A stretch of DNA of 64,000 nucleotides from Octopus sinensis (lineage: Eukaryota): assembly GCF_006345805.1 (NCBI RefSeq), contig NC_042998.1:87048001-87112000 (forward strand), written 5' to 3'. The translations under genes were made by a program, and so were the position numbers. The notes under the pieces were generated by a model. That model worked only from the letters and a program-made list of their open reading frames with translations, made no database searches and was not told the origin of the DNA. Below are positions 38,515-50,565 of the stretch, in pieces (within the stretch, counting starts at the first letter, position 1; every line of letters begins with the position of its first letter).

Positions 38515-41500
38515 GTTTTATTATTACCCACAAGGGGCGAACAAAGATGGGACAATACAATCTGATGATGGGGTCAGACACACGAATGGGTTTTTACAAT
38601 AAATCGAATTTAAAAATTTTCATGAATTACAATAAATGGACAGAAATCGAATGATGGGACAGACCGGAAGACATTACAGGTGGAGTGGGTGCGGGTTTAG
38701 CTCGGACCCCACGAGCCCCGCCTCCCCACTGATACTTTTGGTTGCGCTTGGTATTACATTTATGTTGTATCTTTCACTCGCAACTTTCGTGCTACATCCT
38801 TCCATCGTTCTTCATACACTCTCCTAGTCAGGCATATTCTTTCCAGCCCTATCTTCCTTTTCAGGTGAAAGATGAAATAATTCATCAAACCAGGGCCGGA
38901 GATGAACTTGCCTGACTGTAAACCTTTCATTCTCGTCTTCCATATCACCTCTTTCGCAATTGCTACTACAACGACGAAAACGAAACTTACCTTCATTCAC
39001 GAGGAAATCCGGTGGGTCAATTTTTTGTAATCGACTCAGTCGACAGCTGACTTCGTGTACCTGACAACAGCTGTTCGGCATAAACCCACACCTCAGACAC
39101 GTCGGACAATGAACATAGCGTGCGGGACGGTTTCCCTATCCCGCCCGCATCTTGGACATATCGGACTGTCTGGGCCACCGTGCCTTGCGAGTTTATCCCG
39201 ACAGGTAGAGCTCCTCTGTAGCATTGCCATGCCAGAGACTTCTGGAAGTTGTCCAGTGTCCTCGGCTCGAACGTACGTCGGAACAGACTGGCCAGCTGAT
39301 TATCGTCGAGACCTAGGGTTTCCCCCAAGGTATCTTCACATCCGCCTCTACCAACCCTCTATAGAAGAATGTGGTGGAACCCCCACCGCAGGCGTTGCCC
39401 GGGCGACGGAATAGCAGGAGAGCCTTGCGACACTCCGTGTACCAAGTACCAAGTTTCGATCTACGATTCAGCCAGGTTTCCCATCCACCGAACTAGTGAA
39501 CTTTGGGAACATCAGTTTTGCTAGCGAAGACCACACCGTTCACCATCCAGGTAGAGCCACAGATGTCTTAACCTCAGCGCATGTTGCGCCATATCAGCCA
39601 AGGCATCCCTAGCCCACCCTTTAACGGTTGTTGACAGCAAGTAGAGCGTTTCACAAGTGGTTTCCCGCCCTTCCACAAGAAGTAGAAGAGCTGTCTTTCC
39701 AACTTGATCAATCACGAATCGGCAAGGAACGACGGAAAGGCGGTAGGTGATAACCGATGCGATAAACACATTGGCCACCTCCGCCCTCCCTTTCAGGGAT
39801 AGCCACCGCCAAGACCAGGTCTTGGCTACTGCAGCCACCTTGCTCGTTACCTCGCCCCAATTCTTCTCTATTGGAGGTCTGGACCGAACCAGACCCCTAG
39901 CAGTTTAATCGGACCCTCCGTACCCCCGTCCACGTCCCACGAGCTGTCAGGAGGCATCGACTTGCCTCTCCAGGTGCCGAGTTGCAAGCCGACTGACTTT
40001 TCGCGATTAACTTTTGCTCTGTCACCGTCTCGTAAACCTCTATGGCCTTGCCTACTTTACATAGGTGGTCCATTTCGGTTACGATGATGGTGATGTCATC
40101 CGCGTACGCTGACACTGATTTTCCATTACCTGGCTGTCTCGGGATGCCGCTCAGTTTTCGCAGTAATGGCTCAAGAGCCATCACGTACAAAAGCGGGGGA
40201 GAGCGGACACCCTTGACGAACCGAGCGTTTGATTTGAACGGCTTCGACAAGAAGCCGTTCACCCGAACTACCGAGTCGATGTTATCATAAATTTGGATAA
40301 TCACCTGAGGAAGCCAAGGCTCAGCCCGAACTGGCCAGGGCAGATACCAGGTAACGATGGTCGACACCCTATCAAAAGCTTTAGATTGGTCTAAATGGAC
40401 CAGTGCCCCACCCTTGCCAGAATCACTATTAAACCCCTCTATAGTGTACCGCATTAGATGGAGATTATCCTGAATGGATCTGCCCGGAACGGCACATGTC
40501 TGTGCCTCTCCGATCAGACCATCCGCGACACGCGCCAATCTTTCGATAACACTTTGGCCAAAATCTTCAACTCTGTGTTTATAGAGAGTGATGGGCCTGA
40601 AATTATCAATGCACTCCCCCTTGCTCGGGTCCTTTCTGACGAGAGTCATACTCCCGGCGCACAGATCTGGGTATAAGCCGTTCTGCTGCCAGTTCGCATA
40701 GACCTCCGCCAGTAGGTGCCCGAACAAGTCTGGCATACTCTTATATAACTCTAGGGTAGACCATCCAAACCGGCGCCTTGCCCGCGCCGCAGTCCGCCAT
40801 TGCCTCAACCACCTCCTCAAGCGTGACTGGCCCTTCACAACCCTCCCCCATCTCGCCCCGATAAGCGCGGCAGCCCGTCGAGTAGGTCCGTAAAGGCCCT
40901 CCTCCTATCCAGTCCGCCGCACTCACCGAAAAGCTGAGCGAAGTGCTCCTGAAAGGCCTCACACATCTCCTCGGGTTCGTTTATCAACTCACCTTGTTGG
41001 TTCGTCAAAGATCGAATCGTGGCATCGTTACCATGCTGAGCTTCCACCACTCGGGCCCATCTCACGTGTGTTGATTCCTTCACATCCCATATGGCGGATT
41101 CTAGCCCTGACAATGCAGCCCATGTGTTTGGCTCGAGGTGCTGGTTTAACACCAGTCTCTTGGACGCCACCTGAGCCGCAGAGCCAGTTTTCATGGCTTT
41201 CTCTAATTCCTTAACTAGAGTAGTTTCCCTTCTAGCCTCTCTAGCCACTACTCCTATGCTATATCTAATAGACTCAAACTTGATGGCTCGTTTGAGGGCG
41301 TACCACCATTTGTATTAATGATGGTACCAGATAGTGCCTCTGAATTATATTCCTAATCCGGTCTTTGTACTCCTTAATCGCCAAAAGGGACGTATTAAGT
41401 TTCCAGTAACGGATCCTCTATTTTTAACCTTATCTATGTCAAGCTTACAAGTGACCATTTTATGATCACTGTAGCTGATCGGGTAAAAACTGTGGACACT

Positions 41501-43740
41501 TAGCTATTTTACTGTCTACTTTTCTAATTAGTATTCTATCTAATATGACCTGGAAGATCCGTCGCTGTTTGACCATGTCCACAATGGAACGTTCGGAAAT
41601 TCCAGCCTATAAGGATCTGCTAGCTCAAAGCGGCTTAGCAGCAGTTCCATGAAGCCACTGTTGCCTTTTCTATCTGGACGCGAGCCAACACAATCTACAT
41701 CCGCTTTGCAAATGTGTTAAAGTCTCCTAGCACCACTAATGAATGCGAAGTACCAAGAAAGTTTTCTAGTTCACGAAAATAATCACTTTGCCCTGTATGG
41801 TTGGGTGCGTAAATTGCAACCAGTCTGATAACTTTACCATTACTGAACGTCAAATCCATGACGACCAGCCTACCTCTGGATCTGCAAAAATTAACTTTTT
41901 CTCAGAAACCCGGTTTTTTTAATAGGACCAACACCCCACTCCCGCTTGTAGGACTGCACAGGAGAAAAAACTCTCGTAGCCGTCAAACAGCGGGAGTAGA
42001 CCTCTTGGCCCCTCTAACCGGGTTTCTGTAGCAACAATAACATCTAAATTACGCGACCTGATATCATGCAGGAAGCGACCTTGCTTCCAGCCTGCTCCCA
42101 GGCCGCGCACATTCAAACAACCAACATAAATGTAATCCATTACTTACCTTATATCAGTGGTTCGGTTTTCTCTTGTTCTTCTAACTCTTTTTCTGGGCCT
42201 CGTGGGGGAGTCTGACGTAGGCCCTCGAATATATGTGGAGATGTCACATCCAATCTAAGGGGCCTACGTCATGGAAGAATTCTGACTTTATCCGCCCGTA
42301 ATCCTTCCGGCCTATTCTGTAAATTACAAAGTCGTTTTTTTTCACTACTTTCTCCACTTTGGCCATGGCTGCCAACACGTTTCCGAGTCTGCTATTTGCT
42401 GCCTTTACGGCCATATACGAGTTCATTGACTCTTTTTTCTTTTTTAAAATTACTCTGGGAGGGGTGGTTTCCGTTTTTCTTTTTTTTTTCCGGTAAATTT
42501 TGCCCACCCCTCCTCATTCTTCCTCGCCTCTTTTTTTCCTCCGCCGCTGGTTCTGCTGTCACCGTCACCTCCACACCTTCAGTCTTCCTTCTGGGCCGTC
42601 CGACGCTGCTTCTGGTGACACATTATCTTCTTTTTCTTTTGGCTTAGGTGCTTCCTGCGGTTTGGGTTGGGGTTGGCATTCCGCCCTTACATGACCCTTC
42701 TTGCCGCAGCCGAAGCACCTCAGCTTCCTGCCCTCCACGAAAACTGTTATTTTCTCGTCTTCACTAATCTTTACCGTTTCTGGAATTTCTTCCAGTGTTT
42801 GCACCTCCGCCTGAATGGCTATCACTATTTTCTGCCCTTTCCAAAACTCCTCTTCCTCCACTGTGGCCTGGAGGATGTTTATTTTTTCCTCCAGACCTAC
42901 CATCACTGCTGCCACCAGACATTCAGCATCTGCCTCTGGCGGTATGTTGTTCATTGAAATTTTCGACGTCCTTTTTCCTTTATACAATGGTAGTAAGACA
43001 ATGTTTTCCGCTTTGATCGGCTCCATCGATAGTTTCTTCGCTATCTCCTCCGTAGTAAAACGCACCTCCACTGTGCCGTATCTTTTTCCTCTGTTTATAT
43101 ACGTTATTTTATCCATAAAAGGTTTTAGACAAAACTATTTTTTTTTCTTCGATTTTTTGGATCATTTTTTCCGTTGTGTCGTAAGTTTTATATATTATTC
43201 TTTTTTTTTCTATATCGTCATGTTTTTGTATGTTTGTGGCCACAGTCACTTCTGTGCCTTCTTTTTTTACACAGTCTGCAAATTTTCCAAAATTTTCTAT
43301 ATTTATTTTTTTGATCTTTTTCCCAGCCACTTCAGCGAATTTTTTTTTGCTGGAGTGATGAGTACTGGTTTTTTCATTTTCTGGGCGACGCCGCCTATTT
43401 TTCTTCGGCGAAACGCCTCTTTTTTTCTTGGCGACAACGCCTCTTTTTTTCTTGGCGACAACGCCGGGTATTCATCCTCGCTCGTCACGGGCGAATAAGA
43501 GATGGGGACTCCATCTTGAACAAATGGCTTTAACAAGCCTTTGGTAATCCAAATTAATTGTAGTTTTCCCCCACAGAGGGGGAACACCAACGCGAAGTCT
43601 TCGCACGAAGGCTGACTTCGTCAGTTAGACAACAATAGACAAAACAGGTAGACCAACAGTATATAATAACAGAGATAATAGTACGAGAGCAAAAATATAT
43701 CAACTTACTAATAACGCAAAAAATTGATTTCCTCCATGTT
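38515..43740 (-). mobile_element. Full-length but frameshifted Tx1-clade (L1 group) LINE, unit C
   Basis: ORF1 ~43514-42244 has an RRM-like YGTVEVRFTTEEIA region and knuckle CFGCGKKGHVRAEC. ORF2 from 42140 has APE start GCLNVRGL...VATETRL, RT motifs NFRPITL, QTCAVPGRSIQDNL, LDQSKAFDRV and AYADD, and a C-terminal Zn region ending ~38770. The 3' end reads ...GTGGGTAATAATAAAAC. Confidence 0.9.
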
Positions 43741-45670
43741 GTTTTATTATTACCCACTAGGGGCTACATAGATGGGACAATACAATCGGGAAAATGAATA
43801 ATGAATTATGAAGTTTGTACAATGTGGTGTAATGCCCACTCGATCCCCGAAATCGAGCGGTTACATTTCGTCATTTGTTTTATTCGTCAACAATATTTTC
43901 CAAATAAAACATTTTATACATTTTCAACATACATTTCAAAAGTTTTACAAAGTTCAACATTTCTTTTTTTTTTTTTTTTCAGAATTTAAAGTTCTTTTTA
44001 TCATTTCCAAATTAAAGTTTTCACAATACCTTTTCTTTTATATATACTCCATTATGTCTACCAAATCTGAGTAAACTTCCATCGTTCGAGGCCACCTTGT
44101 AAGTCGGCATTTCATATGTTTTAACACGTTCTTGCCAGCTGCCTCGATGAACGCCTCGGCGTCGTTCTCGTGGACGAGTGCACCTGTTTCTTTCCATTCG
44201 GTGCCCATCCTGACCCACGTATATCCGTTTGTTACGCTTATTAAATCTTCCATCTCCTCACAGTGCCTGTGATGGATCAACGTTCCATAGTATTTGAATT
44301 TTCTATTCGTACCTACGTTTTCTCTAGTTTTTCTCTTAGGACTTACTTCCTCTTTTTTCTCCTCCCTCGGTTTCTCTCTTTCTCTCTTTTTGCTTTCTCT
44401 TCTTTCTTTTTCCTTCTCTTGTCTTTTTGGCTCTTTGTCTGCCGTCTCTCTCTACCCTGTGCCTTAAGTTCCTTTCCTGTTGTTTCTTTTCCTTTTTGCA
44501 TACCATCTTTTCCTTTCTCTTGGTTCTGTTCCTTCTCTTGTTCTTTTCCTGCTTTTCTCTTTCCTTTAATGTACTTTCCTTTTCTTTCTCTTGCTTCTGC
44601 CTTGGCTCCTTCTCCACTACTTCTGCACCCTGTGAATTTTGCTCCTTTTCTACTATCTTCTTCCCTTTGTTTTTCATTTTCCTTCAGTGCGCTGTTACTT
44701 CCCTTCTCTTGTTGTTTCTCCGTATTTCCTTTTTCCTTGTTTTCGCTGTTCTTTCTTCGTGTTCGTTTTCCTTCTCTCCACTTTGTGTCTCTTTTTGCTC
44801 CGCTGTGAATTCATACAGCGGACATTCCTTTTTTATGTGCCCTCTTGAACCGCACAGGTAGCAATTCGGTTTTCTGCCTTCCACTATTACACTAATTGTT
44901 TTCTCGTTTTCTATTTCTATTTGGAAGGGAAATCTTTCGACGTCTTCCATTGTGGCCATCAGCCACAACTCTACTCCGAATCCCTTCCAATTTACAACGT
45001 TCGTCTCCTTAATTGACCCTATTTCTACTTCCTCTTTTGCTGCCCCAATAATGGCTGTTACCAGCATTTCTGTTTTAATATTTGGGGGCACCTTGGGACT
45101 CTTACCCGTACCCCTCGTCTTCCTTTATACGTCGGCCACATGGTGAAATTTTCCGCTTTCAGGACAGTGGAAGCCAATGAGGCCGCCACTTCCTTGTTGC
45201 GCATCTCACTCCACCGTACCATATTTCTTTCCTCTGTCTACAAAAGTCGCTTTTTTCATGATGTCCCCCAGACATTTCTCTATTTCTTCAATCGTCACTC
45301 TCACCAGTTTTCTCGTGTTTCTATCTTGCGTTCTATACGTTATCGTCTGTTATTCTTCTCTTCTATTGTTTCCACAGGCGGGACCAGCTTCACGCTGTCA
45401 CCCTCCCTTTTGACGAACTTCTCGTATTCCTTCAATTGTTCTTTTCTAAAGAACACTTCTTTTATTCTAAGAGACTCGTCACTTTTTGTTGTGGCGACCC
45501 CCGCGTAAGTCTCCATGACTTGAGGGTCGACACACCTTCTATAAAAGGTTCAAACACGTAGCGGCAAACGCCTCGCGCGATTCAATTTTTTGACAATTTT
45601 TAACAGTTTTTTTTCCAATTTTCACATACAAAATAACTCACAACACATGTGGATAGATTTCCGACACGTT
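43741..45670 (-). mobile_element. ORF1-only Tx1-related element, unit B
   Basis: ORF ~45516-44038 (frameshifted) starts METYAGVAT, with knuckle CYLCGSRGHIKKEC, a K/E-rich linker and a C-terminal domain ending DIMEYI. No EN/RT. The 3' end reads GATTGTATTGTCCCATCTATGTAGCCCCTAGTGGGTAATAATAAAAC, like unit C. Confidence 0.85.
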
Positions 45671-47445
45671 ATTTTATTACTACCCACAAGGGGCGAACAT
45701 AGAGGGGACAATACAATCGGGGAACTTAAAATAAGAAAGCGAATGACAAGAAAAGGAAAAAATAAAAGTAAAAAATGACATATGAAAGAATATTTACAAT
45801 GAGATGTAAATGCCCACTCGATCCCCGGAATCGAGAGGTTACATTTTCGTCACATATATTTCACAATATTTTCTTTTTTCTCTTCTTTCTTCTCTCTCTT
45901 CTCACAATTCTATACATATTCCATGATAGCTTTCAATTCTCTAAAGTCCATCACTGAGCCCTCAGGCAGCCGCTCTCTCACTCGAACACTCGTGTAAAAC
46001 GTTACACTCTCTCCGACAGCTCTGAGGAACTCAGCGACTCTTTCTTCGGGGATTAGAGCAGTCTCCTGCCACTGATCGGTCATCCTGTTGACCCATATAT
46101 GTCCCTCCGTATTACATGTCAAGTCTTTCATTTCAGGGCAGAAATGGAAGGTTACTAACTTGTAGAAGCAGTAATCTTGTTTCCGTCCTACGTTTTCCTT
46201 CATTTTTCTTTTCGGGCTTATTTCTTCCTTGTTCTCCTCTCTTTGTTTCTCTCTTTCTCTCTTTTTGCCTTCTTTTCTTCTCCTTTTTCTCTTGTCTTTT
46301 TGGTTCTTTGTCTGTTCTCTCTTTCTCTCGTGTTTTATGTTCCTTTTCTTTTCTTTTGTGTGCCGTCTTTTCTTTTCGTTTGATTCTGATCTCTCTCTTG
46401 TTTTTTTCCTGTTGTTTCTTTTTTCCTTTTTTTTTCCTGACTCTGTTTTGGTTCTATTTCTTTCTTTTCTTTTATTTCTTTTTCCTTCATTGACTTATTA
46501 TTTCCTTCTCTTGTTGTTTTGTTTCCTTTTCTATGTTTTCTTTTTCATTTACCGTATTCTTCTTTTCTTCAAGTTCCTGCTCGCACTCCGCTACGAATTC
46601 GTATAACGGGCACTCTTTTTTAATGTGCCCCCTTGTCCCGCACAAGTAACAGTTTGGTTTTCTTCCCTCTACAATTACACTGAGGGTTTTTTCATCTTCA
46701 ATTTCAATTCTGTAGGGGAACCTTTCAATGTCCTCTTTTGTGGCCATCAAACACAGTTCTACCCCATATCCTCTCCAGTTTACCGCGTTGGACTCCTTAA
46801 AGGATTCCACCTCCACTTCCTCTTCTGCTGCTCCTAGAATAGCTGTTGCCAGCCATTCTGTTTTCACTCTGGGGGTATATTCGGGATTTTAACCCGGACC
46901 CCTCTTCTTCCCTTGTATGAGGGCCACATTGTAAATTTTTCGGCTCTTAGTACAGTGGTAGCCAGTGAGGCTGCAATTTCTTCCGTTGCACATCTCACCT
47001 CCACCGTACCAAATTTCTTGCCTCTACTCACGTAAGTTGTTTTCCCCATTATGTCTCCCAGACATTTTTCAATTTCGGCTATCTCCACTCTTGCCAGTTT
47101 CTTCGTATTTTTGTCTTGGGTTCTGTATGTCACTGTCTTGCTTTCTTTGTCCTCTTTTGCTTTCGCGGGGGGGATTAGCTTCACGCTATCACCCTCCCTT
47201 TTGAAGAGCTTTTCATATTCTTTGAGTTTATCCTTCTCAAAGAAAACATCCTTTATGATTATCGACGAATCATTATTTTTCCCCGTGACCCCCGCGTAAG
47301 TCGCCATGACTAGAGGGTCAATTCACCTTCTTCGGAACGTTTCCACACGTGGAGGCAAACGCCTCGCGCGATATTAATCAATTTACACAGAAAAAATTTC
47401 ACTGTCTAGTCACAGATAACAACACGCATAGATTTCCGACACGTT
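45671..47445 (-). mobile_element. ORF1-only Tx1-related element, unit A
   Basis: ORF 47307-45910 (frameshifted) starts MATYAGVTG, with FGTVEVRCATEEIA, knuckle CYLCGTRGHIKKEC and a C-terminal domain ending AIMEYV. No EN/RT. The 3' end reads GATTGTATTGTCCCCTCTATGTTCGCCCCTTGTGGGTAGTAATAAAAT. Confidence 0.85.
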
Positions 47446-48957
47446 GTTCGAATCTTTTTTCTCTACATTGTATACTTTATAAACAATAGTCTTTTCTTTA
47501 ATTTAATTTTTTATTATCCATCTGGACTATTCCATTTCTGCACGCTAATTTTATTTTTAATTTATTCCCATTCATGTGAAACCACTTATTCAAGTTCAAG
47601 TCATTGATGCAATTTTATACCAATTACTATTTTTACATTTTTTAATGTTACGATTATATTATATTTTAGTTTGATTTTAATTATTACTTACTACATATAA
47701 TTCAATTGTTATTATTATTTTCATTATTAAAGTGAAAGTATCTGACATAAAATAGAGAAATGTTTTTGTTTCACTTTTAACATGTAATACTGAAATAGTG
47801 GAGAAGATATGATATTGCTATGGGCTCGCTCTAGGCAAGAAGTTGAACATTTTTTTGCCCATGAAACTACATGGACCCTAAGTAAGGCATGTATAAAATT
47901 TGAATGAAATTGGTTGTGTAGTTCTCAAGATTTAAGGAATCGTAGTGGAGAAGATATGATATTGCTGTGGGCTCGCCCTAGGCAAAAAGTTAAAAACTTT
48001 TCTGTCGATGACACTCTCCGGACCCTAAGTAAGGCATGTGTAAAATTTGAATGAAATTAGTTGAGTAGTTCTCAAGTTTTAGGGAAACACACATACAGAC
48101 AGACATTCTCAGTTTTATATATATATATATAATATATATATTCCTCTTTCTCTCTATCTTTCCCTCATATATATATGATGGGTAGTGACATGGGTGTGTG
48201 GTTGGTTAAGAAGTGCTTGCTTTCCAACCATGTAATCCTGATTTCAGTTCCACTAGTACAAGTGTCTTTTGCCATAACTCCAGGTTGACCAAAGCCTTGT
48301 TAATGGATTTAGTTGACAGAAGCTGGAGGAGGGGCATCAGGCTGGAGAATATCTATCACATCAAATTCTCTCTGTGCCATGCAAACATGGAAAAGAGGAC
48401 ATTGAAAGGATGATGATGATGACAATGGCGACGACAACGATGATGATGATGATGACATTTCCAAATGATTTTCTCTAAAACTCAAAAGTGCACATTCCAT
48501 TTACTTTTGCAAGTTAAAATGTATATTAGTAATTATTTGTGATTTATGCATCTGCTTGTGTTTATGTATGCTCAGTTTATTTCATCTATCTTTTATTATG
48601 GTGTTTTATATCATTATCTTTATTTAACTTAATTTATTTCACTTTCTTTTTATCTGCACTTACCTTATATATCATAAGCTATTTTTTCTTTATTTATCTT
48701 TTTTTTTTTTGCATCATAGTAAATGTCTCTGTTGTGCATTCCTGTTTCTGGAGCTATATACACAATATTTTTACAAGTGGTCTTTATTTTGATTTTGATC
48801 ATTCATCAGATGGAAACATGGTAAATAGTAATGTTGGGCTGTCTATGACTTGATTTCAGTCATTTATTTATTTTTGCTCAGCATCCAGCATTCAATGCTT
48901 TATAAATGGCAGCAAGCAAATCAATGCAAAATTATAATATATAATATACATACACAC

Positions 48958-49020
<63 letters not shown>

Positions 49021-49030
49021 CATATATATA

Positions 49031-49061
<31 letters not shown>

Positions 49062-49248
49062 TATACATATATATATATACATATATATACATATATATAT
49101 ACATATGTATATATATGTACAACTATACATTATATACAAATATATATATATATATATATATACATATATGTACATGCATACACACCTACATATATATCAT
49201 CATCATCATCATCATTTAAGGTCCGTTTTCCGTGCTAGCATGGGTTGC

Positions 49249-49286
<38 letters not shown>

Positions 49287-49289
49287 ATA

Positions 49290-49511
49290 ATAATAAATAT
49301 TAGGGAATAAATCCAAATTTACAGGGAAAAAATCAGATTTAGGATTAAATCCAATTTTATAGTAAAATATTATAAAATATATTAGAGACAAAACCACTAT
49401 TTTGCAAAACAAACAAGGAAAGACTTAATCAATACATAAATTTTAATAAATAGTCATTAAGTCTTTCCTTGTTTGTTTTGCAAAATAGTGGTTTTGTCTC
49501 TAATAATATTT

Positions 49512-49515
<4 letters not shown>
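49290..49515. repeat. Second copy of the 7926-8196 fold-back repeat
   Basis: Arms ~49371-49429 and ~49456-49515 are reverse complements; the unique part matches 7935-8010. Confidence 0.85.
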
Positions 49516-49544
<29 letters not shown>

Positions 49545-50159
49545 ATGAATATACATATATATGTATGTATACATGCATGCATGTATGTATTCATGTGTAT
49601 GTATATTTATTTGCATATGTGTATGTGTATATGCACATGCGTATTTGTCTGCACTTATAAAAATAAGCAATTCTCAAGGAACATACCAATAAAAACAGCA
49701 ATTCCATGCAAACACAAGCAATCCAATATTATTCTACAGGATGGTACAATGTCATGCACAGTTATGGTTGGAGGTTAGTGATTTAACAAATACAAATGTT
49801 TTGTTGAAAGGCATAGAAAAACAGAATACCTAAAGTGAACTAATGAAGAAGAAACAGCACTTAAATTTTGCAGGATATAAATTTTCAGTTGTATCTGTTG
49901 CCTTAGATGCACTGGACTATACTCGTATAACAATGTATTTGCATAAAAGCCTCTCAAAGTGTTGGAGCTTAGTCAAAAGAAAACGAAATAAACTGATTCA
50001 TGTGCCCTAAATCCAACCAATTGGGGGCACAATTAAAATTCGTAGAACAGTCTACACATTCTCCATTTGAGTTTCCTGGAACAAACACATACATACACAT
50101 ACGTGTACATATAATACATAGATACACAGTGATTAATCAAACATATACACTCATATACA

Positions 50160-50565
50160 GGCACAGGAGTGGCTGTGTGCTAAGTATCTTGCTACCAACC
50201 ACATGGTTCCAGGTTCAGTCCCACTGCGTGGCACTTTAGGCAAGTGTCTTCTACTATAGCCTCGGGCCGATCAAAGCCTTGCGAGTGGATTTGGTAGACG
50301 GAAACTGAAAGAAGCCCGTCGTATATATGTATATATATATATGTATGTGTGTGTATATGCTTGTGTGTCTGTGTTTGTCACCCCAACATCGCTTGACAAC
50401 CAATGCTTGTGTATTTATGTCCCCGTAACTTAGAAGTTCAGCAAAGGAGACCAATAGAATAAGTATTAGGCTTACAAAGAATAAGTCCTGGGGTTGATTT
50501 GCTCGACTAAAGGTGGTGCTCCAGCATGGCCGCAGTCAAATGACTGAAGCAAGTAAAAGAGTATG
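50160..50565 (+). mobile_element. Intact tRNA-derived SINE (octopus OR-like, CORE-like TGGCAC..TAGGCAAGTGTCTT segment)
   Basis: A-box GGCTGTGTGCTAAG, B-box GGTTCAGTCCC, internal microsatellite, and tail CAGCATGGCCGCAGTCAAATGACTGAAGCAAGTAAAAGAG. Other copies at ~21008-21290, 31630-31780 and 14140-14350. Confidence 0.8.

Larger units (their letters stand above)
38030..48120 (+). mobile_element. Putative non-autonomous Helitron/Helentron-type element (parts 38030-38501 and 47446-48120) hosting the LINE array
   Basis: Starts in (TA)n with ACTAGCATTAAAGACTCAGCATTGCCGGG. The right part has two tandem ~147-bp units (47796-47942 and 47943-~48085) and ends ACAGACAGACATTCTCAGTTTTATATATA. This layout resembles non-autonomous invertebrate Helitron/HINE elements; no coding evidence. 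Confidence 0.4.

Noticed and set aside
38480-38520. U2 snRNA or tRNA as the Tx1 target (Keno/Dewa-like)
   Set aside because: The flanks show no resemblance to U2, tRNA or rRNA sequence that I can recognise.
43405-43470. 23-24-bp direct repeats as CRISPR-like
   Set aside because: Eukaryotic DNA, no spacers; these are coding repeats (SPRKKEA) in ORF1.
43595-43630. CTGACGA hairpin in the Tx1 5' UTR as a hammerhead
   Set aside because: The stem is followed by TCGCG, not GAAA; no stem III or cleavage triplet.
44263-46606. Plus-strand F/L/S-rich ORFs that look like membrane proteins
   Set aside because: They are the antisense shadow of the purine-rich K/E linker of the minus-strand ORF1s.
38502-47445. 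Telomeric HeT-A/TART-type array
   Set aside because: No (TTAGGG)n arrays; the array is interstitial with ordinary flanks on both sides. The analogy is architectural only.
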